DNA of 63,548 nucleotides, the filler included, from Chiloscyllium plagiosum (taxonomy: Eukaryota), in assembly GCF_004010195.1 (NCBI RefSeq). It is 4 parts of one record of this genome, joined end to end, with 100 filler letters (N's around TTAATTAATTAA, not from the genome) between each part and the next. Parts side by side here need not be neighbours in the genome. Positions count along the whole stretch, not along the records: positions 1 to 31,588 come from NC_057712.1; 3 more parts are not named here. One strand, given 5' to 3'. Below, piece after piece: positions 12,461-24,379 of the stretch. A program made the translations under genes and the position numbers. Numbering within the stretch: position 1 is the stretch's first letter; the number at the start of each line of letters is the position of its first letter. The notes under the pieces are model-generated. The model did not search any database, was not told the DNA's origin, and worked only from the letters and a program-made list of their open reading frames with translations.

Positions 12461-15400
12461 TTTTGCGTTGTAAATGCAATCTAAATACTTATCCATGCTT
12501 ATTGATCTTGTCGTTACCAGAGATATGTTTGCTTCTTATCCTGCTCCACCAACATGGTAACCCAAAGGAGTTATCTTGAACCCCTGTTCATTTTCATATC
12601 TGGCCTTGGCAACACCACCTGAAGATATGACATTTGTTTTCACAGAGATGGATTTTACAAGGGGCCCTATCCACCAACGAACCCTCGTAAAAGCTAGCTG
12701 GTCTGCATTGAATTAATGCCTGGAAAAGGGTTCATCATTTCAGTGTGGGACTTCAAACCCCATCTCAAAGAAAGCCTCACCTGAGAGAGAGAAAGAGAGA
12801 GAGCGAGCTGTCTTTCTATGAGTTTGGCCTATAATCCCAGCAGCACCAGGATGGAGTCATAGAGACGTACAGCACATCAACAGACCCTTCGGTCCAACTC
12901 GTCCATACTACCCAGACTCCCTAAATTAATCTTGTTCCATTTGACAGCACTTGGCCCTTAGCTCTCTAAACCTTTCCTGTTCATGCACCCACCCAGATGC
13001 TTTTAAATGTTGTAATTGTACCAGCCTCCTCCACTTCCTCTGGCAGCTCACTCCATACACGTACCACCCATTCTATGAAAAAGTTGACCCTTAGATCCCT
13101 TTTGAATATTTCCCCTCTCACCCTAAACCTATGCCCTCTAGCTCTGGACTCTCCCACCCCAGGACATAACCTTGTCTATTTATGCCCCTCATAATTTTAT
13201 AAACCTCTATAATGTCAGCCCTCAACCTCCGACGCTCCAGGGAAAACAGCCCTAACCTATTCAGCCTCTCCCTATAGCTCAAACCTTCCAACCCTGGCAA
13301 CATCCTTGTAAATCTTTTCTGAACCCTGTCAAGATTTATAACATCCTTCCAATAGAAGGGAGACCAGAATTGAATGCAGTATTCCAAAAGTGGCTTAAAC
13401 AATATCCTGTACAGCCCCAAAATGACCTCGCAACTCCTGTAATCGACGCTCTGATCAATAAAGGAAAGCATACCAAACGCCTTCTTCACTATCCTACCTA
13501 CCTGAGACTCCACTTTCAAGGAACTATGCACCTGCACTCAATGTCTCTTTGTTCAGTAACTTCATAGGACCTTACCATTAAGTGTATTAGTCCTGCCCTG
13601 ATTTGCCTTTCCAAAATGCAGCACCTCACATTTATCGAAGTTAAATTCCATCTGCCAATCCTCAGCCCATTGGCCCATCTGATCAAGGTCCCGTTGTACT
13701 TTGAGGTAACCTTCTCCGCTGTCCACTACGCCTCAAATTTTTGTGTCATCTGCAAACTTACTAACTATACCTCCTATGCTCACATCCAAATCAATTATAT
13801 AAATGATGAAAAGTAGAGGACCCAGCACCGATCCTTGTGGCATACCACTGGTCACAGGCTTCCAGTCTGAAATGCCAGCCTCCACCACCACCCTCTGTAT
13901 TCTACCTTTGAACCAGTTCTGTATCCAAATGGCTAGTTCTTCCTGTATTCCATGATATCTAACCTTGCTAACCAGTGTCCCATGGGGAACCTTGTTGAAT
14001 GCCTTACTGAAGTCCATATAGATCATGTCCATCACTCTGCTCTCATCAATCCTCTGTGTTATTTTTTCAAAAAACTCAATCAAATTCCTGAGACATGATT
14101 TCCCACACAAAAAGCTATGTTGACTATCCCTAACTAGTCCTTGCCTTTCCAAATACATGTACAGCCTGTCCCTCAGGATTCCCTCCAACAACTTGCCCAC
14201 CACTGAGGTCAGGCTCACCGGTCTATAGTTCCTTGGCTTGTCTTTACCGCCCTTCTTAAACAGTGGCACCACGTTAGCCAACCTCCAGTCTTCCGGCACC
14301 TCACCTGTGACTATTGATGATACAAATATCTTAACAAGGGGCCCAGCAATCACTTCCCTAACTTCCCACAGAGTTTTTGGATACATCTGATCAGCTCCTG
14401 TGGATTTATCCACCTTTATGTGTTTCAAGACATCCAGCACATCCTCCTGTGTAATATGGACATTTTCAAGATGTCACAATCTATTTCCCAACATTCTGTG
14501 TCTTCCAAGTCCTTCTCCATAGTAAACACTGATGCAAAATACTCGTTTACTATCTCCCCCATCTCCTGCAGTCCAAACAAAGGCTGTCTTGCTGATCTTT
14601 GAGGGGCCCTATTTGCTCCCTAGTTACCCTTTTGTCCATAATGTATTTATAAAATCCATTTGGATTCTCCTTAACTTTATTTGCCAAAGCTAGCTCATGT
14701 CCCCTTTTTTCCCTACTGCTTTCCTTCTTAAGTATACTCCTACAGCCTTTATACATTTCTAGGAATTTACTCGATCCCTGCTGTCTATACCTGACATATG
14801 CTTCCTTTTTGTTTTGACCAAACCTCAATTCCTTTAGTCATCCAGCATTTCCTATACCTACCACCCTTTCCTTTCACCCTGACAGGAATATACTGTCTCT
14901 GGACTCTCGTTATCTCATTTCTGAAAGCTTCCCATTTTCCAGCCGTCCCTTTACCTGCAAACATCTGCCCCCAGTCAGCTTTTGAAAGTTCTTGCCTAAT
15001 ACCATCAAAATTAGCTTTCTTCCAAATTAGAACTTTAACTTTTAGATCTGGTCTATCCTTTTCCATCATTATTTTAAATCTAATAGAATTATGGTCACTG
15101 GGCCCAAAGTGTTCCCTCACTGACACCTCAGTCACCTGCCCTGCCTTATTTCCCAAGTTTAGGTCAACTTTTGCACCTTCTCTAGTAGGTACATCCGGTA
15201 CTGAATCAGAAAATGTTCTTGCACACACTTAACAAATTCCTCTTCATCTAAATCATTAACACAACAGCAGTCCCAGTCTATGTTTGGAAAGTTAAAACGC
15301 TCTACCATTACCACCCAATCAGGTTAGATGAGATTCCCTACAGTATGGAAATAGGCCATTTGGCTCAACAAATCCACACCGACCCTCCAAAGAGTAACCC

Positions 15401-16398
15401 ACCCAGACCCATTCCCCTACTCTATATTTACCCCTGACTAATGCACCTACACTATGGACAATTTAGCATGACGAGTTCACCTGACCTGCACATCATAAGA
15501 CCAAAAGACCATAAGACATTGGATTGGTAGCAAGGCCATTCGGCCCATTGATTCCACTCTAACATTTAATCATGGCTGATGGGCATTTCAACTCCACTTA
15601 TCCGCACTCTCCCCGTAGCCCTTAATTCCTCGCAAGTTCAAGAATTTATCAATCTCTGCCTTGAAGGTACCCAATGTCCCAGCCTCCACTGCGCTCCATG
15701 GTAATGAATTCCACAGGCCCACCATTCTCTGGCTGAAAAAATGTCTCCTCATTACTTTCTAAATTGACCCCCTCTAATTTTAAGGCTATGCCCAGGGTCC
15801 TAGTCTCCCCGCCTAACGGAAACAACTTGCCAGCATCCACTGTTTCTAAGCCATGCATTATCTTGTAAGTTTCTATTAGATCTCCCCTCAACCTTCTAAA
15901 CTCTAATGAATACAATCCCAGGATCCTCAGCCGATCATCATATGTTAGGTCTAACATTCCAGGGATCATCCGTGTGAATCTCCGCTGGACATGCTCCAGT
16001 CCCAGTATGTCCTTCCTGAGGTGTGGGACCCAAAATTGGACACAGTATTCTAAATGGGGTCTAACTAGAGCTTTATAAAGTCTCAGAAGCACATCGCAGC
16101 CTTCTGAGACTTTATAAAGCTCTAGTTAGTGCCAATATTCCAAACGTCTTGAGATAAATGACAATATTACATTTGCTTTCTTAGTCATGGACTCATCCTG
16201 CAAATCAACCTTTAGACAATCCTATACTAGCACTCCCAGATCCCTCTGTACTTTGGCTTTATGAATTTTCTCATCGCTTAGAGATAGTCCATGCCTGTAT
16301 TCTTTTTTCCAAAGTGCAAGACCTCGCACTTGCTCACTTTGAATTTCATCAGCCGTTTCCTGGACCACTCTCCTAAACTGTCTAAACCTTTCTGCAGC

Positions 16399-16627
16399 TG
16401 AAAATGTATTGCTGGAAAAGCGCAGCAGGTCAGGCAGCATCCAGGGAACAGGAGAATCGACGTTTCGGGCATAAGCCCTTCTTCAGTTAAAGTTCTAATT
16501 CCTGAAGAAGGGCTTATGCCCGAAGCGTCGATTCTCCTGTTCCCTGGATGCTGCCTGACCTGCTGCGCTTTTCCAGCAACACATTTTCAGCTCTGATCTC
16601 CAGCATCTGCAGACCTCACTTTCTCCT
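16399..16627. mobile_element. Palindromic PLE pLTR mini-element with a hammerhead motif on each strand
   Basis: ~90-bp inverted arms 16397-16486 and 16502-16591; 16-bp TSD TAAAYCTTTCTGCAGC at 16383-16398 and 16628-16643. Confidence 0.9.
16459..16486 (-). ncRNA. Minimal hammerhead ribozyme motif
   Basis: Minus strand CTGAAGA A GGGC TTAT GCCC GAAACGTC. Confidence 0.75.
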
Positions 16628-18179
16628 TAAATCTTTCTGCAGCCTCCCCACTTCCTCAGTACTACCTGCCTGTCCACCTAACTTCATATCATCGGCAAAC
16701 TTCGCCACAAAGCCTCCAGTCCCTTCATCCAGATCATTAATATATAAAGTGAACAGCTGCGGCCCCAACACTGAACCCTGTGGGATCCCACTTGTCATTG
16801 GCTGCCATTCCGAAAAAGAACCTTTTATCCCAACTCTCTGCCTTCTGTCAGACAGCCAATCCTTAATCCATGCCAGTAGCTCACCTCAAACACCATGTGC
16901 CCTCACCTTACTCTGCAGCCTCCTGTGAGGCACCTTATCAAAGGCCTTTTGGAAGTCTAGATAGATATCATCCACTGGGTTTCCTGGTCTAACGTACTTG
17001 TTACCTCTTCAAAGAATTCCAGCAGATTTGTCAGGCATGATCTCCCTTACTAAATCCATGCTGACTTGTTCTAATCTGACCCTGCACTTCCAAGAATTTA
17101 GAAATCTCATCCTTAACGATGGATTCCAGAATTTTACCTACAACTGAGGTTAGGCTAATCGGCCTATAGTTTTCCATCTTTTGTCTTGATCCTTTCTTGA
17201 ACAAGGGGGTTACAACAGCGATTTTCCAATCATCTGGGACTTTCCCTGACTCCAGTGACTTTTGGAAGATCACAACCAAAGCCTCCGCTATTTCCTCAGC
17301 CATCTCCCTCAGAACTTGAGGATGTAGCCCATCGGGGCCAGGAGATTTATCGATTTTTAGACATTTTAGATTTCCTAGCCCTTTCTCTTTTGTAATGACT
17401 GCCATACTCAACTCTGCATATCTTTGGATTGTGGGAGGAGACTGGAGCACCCAGAGGAAACCCATGCAGACACGGAGAGGATGTGCAAATTCCACACAGA
17501 TAGTCACCTAAGGCTAGAATCAAACCCGGGTCCCTGGCGCTGTGAGGCAGCATCACTAACCACTGAGCCACCCCTACAGACTATTCCTACAGACAACTGA
17601 GATAACCTTACAAATTTCTTTTTCAATTTCCCGCTGACTATGAGGGGGTCTACTGTACAATCCCAAAAAGGTGATCATCCCTTTCTTATTTCTCAGTTCC
17701 ACCCAAGTGACTTCTCTGAACATATTCCCAGGAATATCCTCCCTAAAAACATGACAGCCAATGTTGGCAATCTCCAAGGAAGAAGACTAATGGAGCCTGA
17801 ACAGCTAAGTCTGGAATTTTGGAATGTCCTGGATTGCAGATCCCAGCTGGGGACTGGGAATTAAAATGGGGTATTGGCTTTGCGAGATTGAGGAAGGATA
17901 AATGACGGGTCATTCTGGTGGTTAGAGGGGAACGTGTTGCTGGACTAGTCCACGTCATGTGAGCAGCCAGCAAACCTGCCTCTCCTCCTCCTTCCTCTGT
18001 CTCACATAAAATAATCCTGGAGGGAGAATGGGCCTATTAATTGGTCCCAGACCGAAGGCCAGAGAACCAGCTTGACATCTTTCCTGTTCACTGTCCTCTG
18101 GGAGACACATTGGAATAGGCAGGAAAGAGGGTGAGAGGGCTTCCTGCCCTCATGGACAATAGCAGGGGTGGGAAGAGGG

Positions 18180-18470
18180 CCATAACATCTGGCTCCATAT
18201 GCACACTGAAAACATCCAATCCTCTGGCTCCCCTCCTGTTGGGAAATTATCTGACTGTCCATCTGATATCCAGCACTGGATGAAGAGAAATGCCTTCTGT
18301 GAACTACTGGAGAGACTTAAGCTATTATTTTTTTCTCCAGTCTCCACTCCAGATTTCTTCCCCCAGTTTCCAACTCAATTCTTTTTTCTTGACAGCATTC
18401 TGAGAATAAACCAGAGTGCACCTAACCTGGGCGACACATTTGCCCCAGGAACAACCCTCATGCCCTCATG
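18180..18470 (+). mobile_element. Ancient L2 LINE RT fragment
   Basis: Translation KLSDCPSDIQHWMKRN...LRINQSAPNLG resembles the L2 post-YADD region. Confidence 0.65.
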
Positions 18471-18509
18471 AAAACCATTCATTTCCCCAGTGTTTTTACT
18501 GGTCCACAG

Positions 18510-18835
18510 GATGTTGCTGCATGGCCCCATCCCTAATTGCCCAGAGGGCAGCTAAGAGTTAACAACATCACTGGAGTCTGGAGTCACATATCAGACAGGC
18601 CAAGTGAGGGTAGCAGATTCATTTCCTAATGGGCATTAATGAACCAGAAGGACTTTTTATGGTAATCATCATGGACACGAGCAATTTGATTAGCCTGCAT
18701 CATTTTATTTCAGGTTTTCAATTGAATTCAAATGTGCTACTGGCTGAGGTGGGGTTTGAACCCATGTCCCTGGAATTTCAGTCTGAGGTTTTGCTGTACT
18801 CACTTCGTACCATTTCAACAACACCACCTCCCCTG
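18510..18835 (-). mobile_element. Old tRNA-derived SINE (non-HE1 family)
   Basis: Minus-strand GGGTTCAAACCCC B-box; body matches 24040-24257 and 25955-26070. Confidence 0.65.
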
Positions 18836-18846
18836 AATCGGACTTT

Positions 18847-19138
18847 TAGATTAGATTACTTACAGTGTGGAAACAGGCCCTTCGGCCCAACAAGTCCACA
18901 CTGCCCCGCCGAAGAGCAACCCATCCATACCCCTACATTTACCCCTTACCAAACACTACAGGCAATTTAGCCAGGCCAATTCACCTGGCCCTGCACATCT
19001 TTGGACTGTGGGAGGAAACCGGAGCACCCGGAGGAAACCCACGCAGACACGGGGAGAATGTGCAAACTCCACACAGTCAGTCGCCTGAGGCGGGAATTGA
19101 ACGCGGGTCTCTGGCGCTGTGAGGCAGCAGTGCCGCCC
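18847..19138 (-). mobile_element. HE1-type V-SINE (young)
   Basis: Close reverse complement of 44815-45136. Confidence 0.95.
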
Positions 19139-20393
19139 AGTGGAACACTATTAAGGTTAAAGACTATATTGTTGAGAAACACCATTATGGTAAAGCATTA
19201 TAATTCATGGTTAACCTGTGTTCATTCCATCCATTGCAGGCAACAGACAAACTTCACACTTCCTGTTTGCTGTGATTGTAGGCAGCAGCCAGTGAGAAAC
19301 AGCGTGGGGCTGAGGGGTTGTATTCCACACCAGAGTCCTTGGTTTGTGGAGACTTTGATTCAGAAAGTTCCTGGAAAGCACTTTGAGAGGTTGTTTTATT
19401 ATGTTGAACAAGTTGTATAAATATTTGGTGTTGTGCAGTGGTATCAATTGAAATTAAAGCAGTAATATCATAACAAAGAGGCTTAGAAAATGTCTATTGG
19501 GTGTTCCCCCCACTCAGGTCACACACTTATAGGGCAGTGCAATTATTGGGATTTCTCCATCCCCTTCCCCACAGTTTTTATTCTCGAAGGCATTAAATTC
19601 ATCAGTGCTAACGCGACTCACCTGCTCCTAACAATGGGACGTAGGGGCTGGGATTTATGCCATCAGGCAAGGCTACCCATCCTTAGACTTGAACTCAGCA
19701 TGCTCCCTGCAGCTTTCTCGGTTTAATTCCCAAACCCAACCTTCTGGACCAGGGAATGAGAGTACAGTCACCAAGCCCGTGATCCCGATGTCCGGATACC
19801 TTTCCTGCTGAACGTCAATTAGGCATTTAGGGATCGTGGGTCTCCTTATGTCAGAAAACCATTGTCGGGACTGTCTCCAGACTGGAGCTCTACACTTGGC
19901 TCAGGAAGCAGTTACAGTCCCTGACTGTTACAGACTGGTAAGTGACTCAGGGTAGAGGGGTCCCTGGTGAGAGCAGGAACGCGTTCAGTGCTGGGGCCTG
20001 ATTTAGAGACATCGCATTACTGTGCTTCTTGCCCTGGAATGGAGGCCAGCAGTGATGGGAAGAAGGAGGCAGAAAGCTGGCACCCAGGGAGACCTGCCTT
20101 GAGGGAGTGAGAGAGAAAAGGGCCTGTTCACTGCATTGACAGCATTGAGGATGCTCCGAGCCTGGGGAAGGGCCCAGCAATGGGAATGGAAGCCACTGCT
20201 GTCAGAACTTGCATGGTCCCATTCTGCCTGCAATGGAAGGTACTGTCTCCCAGCTTTCACAAACAGTGCAGCAGTGTCCTGCAACCTGCACTACTGTCTG
20301 GTGCTGGGCTGTGGAAGGACATAGAGGTAAGGAGCTTCAAGGCCTCAGCGATAAATGGTGAGCAACATTGAAATGTGTGATGTCTTCCTCAAT

Positions 20394-20960
20394 CCTGGCA
20401 CCTTCCCCTGCCACCGCAGAAACTGTAAAACCTGCGCCCACACCTCCTCCCTCCCCTCCATCAAAGGCCCTAAAGGAGCCTTCCACATCCATCAAAGTTT
20501 TACTTGCACATCCACTAATATCATTTATTGTATCCGTTGCTCCCGATGCGGTCTCCTCTACATTGGGGAGACTGGGCGCCTCCTAGCAGAGCGCTTTAGG
20601 GAACATCTCCGAGACACCCGCACCAATCAACCAAACCGCCCCGTGGCCCAACATTTCAACTCCCCCTCCCACTCTACCGAGGACATGGAGGTCCTGGGCC
20701 TCCTTCACCACCGCTCCCTCACCACCAGACGCCTGGAGAAAGAACGCCTCATCTTCCGCCTCGGAACACTTCAACCCCAGGGCACCAATGTGGACTTCAA
20801 CAGCTTCCTCATTTCCCCTTCCCCCACCCCATCCTAGTTTCTAACCTCCAGCAAAACTGTCCCCTTATTCCTGATGAAGGGCTTTTGTCCGAAACGTCAA
20901 TTTTACTGCTCCTCGGATGCTGCCTGAACTGCTGTGCTCTTCCAGCACCACTAATCCAGA
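20394..20960 (+). mobile_element. 5'-truncated Neptune-type PLE: Cys-rich linker, GIY-YIG endonuclease and pLTR
   Basis: CxxxxCxxC linker, NIIYCIRCSRCGLLYIGETGR...RFREH...HFN...E...N; perfect 12-bp TSD GTCTTCCTCAAT at 20382-20393 and 20961-20972. Confidence 0.95.
20871..20898 (+). ncRNA. Minimal hammerhead ribozyme motif
   Basis: CTGATGA A GGGC TTTT GTCC GAAACGTC, 34 nt after the GIY-YIG stop codon. Confidence 0.75.
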
Positions 20961-21093
20961 GTCTTCCTCAATGTGCCTCTCCTCTGGACGATGTTACCTC
21001 ATCATTGATCTGGAATTCCCTTCTTCTGCCACTGTACCTCCTTTCAGACAGACATCAAAACCACGCTGTTGGTCACTGCACACATGGCACAGT

Positions 21094-21430
21094 GCAGCAT
21101 GGTGGCTCAGTGCTTAGCACTGCTGCCTCACAGCGCCAGGGTCCCAGATTTGATTCCAGCCTTGGGTGAGGTGACTGTCTGTGTGGAGCTTGCACATTCT
21201 CCCCGTGTCTGTATGGGTTTCCTCCAGGTGCTCCTGTTTCCTCCCACAGTCCAAAGATGTGCAGGTCAGGTGATTTGACTGTGCTAAATTGCCCGTAGTG
21301 TTCAGGGGTGTGTGGGTTAGGTGCATTAGTCAGGGGTAAATTTTGGGGAATCTGTTTGGGTGGGTTACTCTTCAGCGGGTCGGTGTGAGCTGAAGGGCCT
21401 GTTTCCACACTGTAGGGATTCGAATTCTAA
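21094..21430 (+). mobile_element. HE1-type V-SINE
   Basis: GGTGGCTCAGTG A-box, V-domain and GAAGGGCCTGTTTCCACACTGTA tail. Confidence 0.92.
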
Positions 21431-21914
21431 TTCACACATGAGACTCAAAATCTTAGAGTCACACTCCCATTACCAAAGACTCCTTCATTGTACCCAGGCC
21501 TGCTCTCTACAACATCTGGATGCCTTACCTCCTTCACTCTGAGGCACCAAGATGGCAATGCCCGCTTCACTGACTAAGCTTCCAACACCTGACCAATAAC
21601 TGCAAGTCCTTCTCAGCCCTCCCCCCTTTCCATGAGTCCATCTAAACCAGTGGTGCAGCCATGACTGGCTCCCCATGGTGTTGTCACCCCAATGAATCTG
21701 TTCTACCATTCACCCAGCGTGCAACTCCTCTGCCCACCAAAGTCTCACTGTGCCCCTGCACATTCTCCCAATAAACTGGCTAGCTACTTTAGTTGACCTC
21801 CTTGCATATTTATACAGGTTTCGGAAACCCACCATCTCTCATTATGATGAACCTCGCCAGCACAGGAATGGTGCCAGGAAACCAGCACACTGGCAGTGGC
21901 CATATTTCAAACCC

Positions 21915-22740
21915 AGCAAAACTGGAGTCAATGGGAATCACGGGGCAAACCCTCTGCTAGTTGGCGTCATACCTGGCACATAGGAAGATGGTCATGATCG
22001 TTGGACATCAGTCACTTCAGCTCCAGGACATCTCTGCAGGAGTTCCTCAGGGTCGTGTCCTAGGCCCAACCATCTTCAGCTGCTTCATCAATGACGTTCC
22101 CTCCATCATAAGGTCAGAAGTGGGGATGTTCGCCAATGATTGCACAATGTTCAGCACTCCTCAGATACTGAAGCAGTCCATGTTCAAATGTAACAAGATC
22201 TGCACAATGTGCAGATTTGGATGGAGAAGTGGCAGTTGTATTCCTGCCTGGATGGGTGCAGCTCCAACAGCACTGAAGAAGTTCAATACCGTCCAGGACA
22301 AAGCAGCCCGCTTGATTGGCACCATATCCGCAGTAATCCATTCCGTCCACAACTGACTCTCAAGTGCAGAAGTGAGCACCATCTACAAGAGGCTCAGCAG
22401 TAACTCAATGAGGCTCCATCCACAGCACCTTCCAAAACTATGACCATGTCTATCTCGAAGGACAAGGGCAGCAGACACATGGGAACACCACCATTTGGAA
22501 GTTCCCATCCAAGCCACTCATCATCCTGACTTGGAAATATATGGCCATTTTTTTCACCATCACTCGTTCAACAAATCCTGGTATTCTCTTCCTGATAGCA
22601 CTTTGGAAGTTCCTATGTAACTGTTGCAGCTCAAGAAGGCAATTCACTACCACCTTCCTTAAGGCAATTCGGGCTAGGGCAATAAATTCTGGTCCAGCCA
22701 GTGACTGTCACATCCCAAGAACAAATTTAAAAAAAACACA
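21915..22740 (+). mobile_element. CR1-clade LINE RT and 3' end with an internal deletion
   Basis: GVPQGRVLGPTIFSCFIND...FAND...VQDKAARLI; GGGCAATAAAT tail. Confidence 0.88.
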
Positions 22741-23437
22741 TTCAGAAACTGCCATTTCTGGTGTCCAAAAACAACTGAAGATCCAGATTTCTAATAAGTG
22801 AAACGATGGTGCTTTGTTGATTTAATGCCTCACGGTGATCTGCTGGTTGTGTGAGGAAGGGAGTATGGAGCTTTGTGATCAGATTAATTTTGGAATACTG
22901 AATGCCGGCTGCTACTGGGATGCATCCGTGAGTTCTGCCTGATGATTCAAAATCTTTGGTCACTTTATGCAACTTTTCAGCACCTGTCAGAGTTCAGCTC
23001 TGTTCATGTTACCAATGTTCCCAGGAGCTGGTGATTCACTCTGTTTTAAGTGAATTTCAACATGCTTCCACATGGTTAGCATATGGACTCTTCTGCCAAA
23101 TGTATTAATGAGGACAATGATGTGATTCCTTTGTGTCATGTCAAAGGAACTGAGGTTCTCTAAAATGGAAAATACATTTTTCTTCGTGTCGCAGCAGTTT
23201 TGCCTAACCGTCCTGGGAAGGATCACTGTGTTCTCAGCTTATGCAATTCAGCATATAACAAATTGTTTCTGGCAGCAGAACACATTTTTACTCGTAGCGA
23301 GACAGGTTTGAGTCTGCACCCAGGCTGCTTTCTGGGGATGAGGTCATCTCAATTATTCATGGGGCCGACAACATGACAGTGATCAACAAAAGTAAGGGGG
23401 AGGATGGATTTCAAATGATGGAGACGGTTTAAACTCG

Positions 23438-23757
23438 TGTCCATCTCCGATAAAACATTGAACTGAAGCCCCGCCAACCTTTGCCAAAGAAGATGCTCCA
23501 GGAGTGTTTGGCATTTTGAGAGGAGAAGCAGAGCAGTTTCGCAGCCAATATTTATCGTTCAATCATCGCCACCAAAATGTTAATGGATAACTTTTCAGTT
23601 ATTTTGCGTCTTAGATGTGAAACTTTGCTTCACTCAACATAATTGATCTTACATGCCTGTACAGACAAAGCACGTCAAAAGTAATTACTTGGCTGTGAAG
23701 GGTTTTGGGAATATCTGAGGATGTGAGCAGTGCTACAACAATGCAAGTTATTTCTTT
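23438..23757 (+). mobile_element. Deu-domain SINE remnant (SacSINE1-like) with an L2-type tail
   Basis: GCCAATATTTATC..TCAA..ATC central motif and TTGGCTGTGAAG...TTTGGGA...AATGCAAGT tail, compared with a remembered consensus. Confidence 0.6.
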
Positions 23758-24039
23758 TGTGTACTCCAGGACATTTGTGCTGTTTGTTTTAGCACCTTCA
23801 GCTGCCGTTATTTGTCAATTTGATTCAGATTTGTTATTTGTCGGTTTTGCAAAGTTGGTGATCTTTCTTCTGAGCCTCCAGGTTGTTCCATTGATCTGTC
23901 TCAGTGCAGTTTGGTATTTGCTATTTTTGGGGAGGTAACATTTCATAATGTTCCTTCCATGGTATTCCAGTGTTCATCAAAGAGGTCTAGGGACATGCGA
24001 TAAATTCAGTTAATAAGTATGTAAAGTTAGTCTCGGTGA

Positions 24040-24257
24040 TGATCTTTGCTTGTCATAAACACCCATTCGATTCACTAATGTCCTTAAGGGAAACAAAACT
24101 GCTGTGTTTATATGGTCTGGCCTACATGACGGTAGACCTACAGTAATGTAGTTGACTCCTAACTGCCCTCTGAAATGGCCCAGTCTGGTCAATGGCAACT
24201 AGAGATGGGCAGCAAATGCTGGTCTTGCCAGCGACACCCACATCCTACAAAAAAAAA
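24040..24257 (+). mobile_element. Old SINE 3' half with a CR1-clade tail
   Basis: TTCACTAATGTCCTT...GGTCTGGCCTACATG...TAACTGCCCTCTG...AAATGCTGG; poly(A) end. Confidence 0.7.
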
Positions 24258-24379
24258 GAGAACCAATGCCCATTGCTGTGGTTTGCTTGTGCCCTAGCTT
24301 TGATAACTTGCAGTGTCCTACTTCCCCTGGCAACCCGACACCCCCACCTCCATCGCTCCCAGTTCCCACAATTATGTGG

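Larger units (their letters stand above)
15496..17410 (-). mobile_element. CR1 LINE (second family) RT region
   Basis: ORFs 15649-16092, 16616-16798 ([12 protein letters not shown]) and 17031-17507 (KSPGPDG, NYRPISLTS); (ATAAGACC)n tail. Confidence 0.93.
15323..17572 (-). mobile_element. HE1-type SINE split into 15323-15494 and 17414-17572 by a CR1 insertion
   Basis: The halves rejoin across the duplicated CTGCAYATC. Confidence 0.88.
12854..17750 (-). mobile_element. CR1 LINE ORF2 (APE+RT) pseudogene, interrupted at ~15320-17572 by nested insertions
   Basis: ORFs 13118-13537, 13733-14440 ([21 protein letters not shown]) and 14785-15228 (SDH). APE sequence resumes at 17574-17750 (YSRPP). Confidence 0.93.

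Noticed and set aside
16399..16627. DNA-transposon MITE interpretation of the palindromes
   Set aside because: The arms are PLE pLTR sequence linked to a GIY-YIG ORF at 20394, the ends are asymmetric, and the TSDs are long and variable (14-16 bp).
17865..17965. Promoter-like cluster (ATTGG, TGACG/ACGTCA, CATGTG)
   Set aside because: Short motifs without a CpG island or a linked first exon.
18865..19420. Recurrent ORFs such as DCGRKPEHPEETHADTGRMCKLHT (also at 21114, 25421, 44802)
   Set aside because: These are antisense translations of HE1 SINEs, not a protein family.
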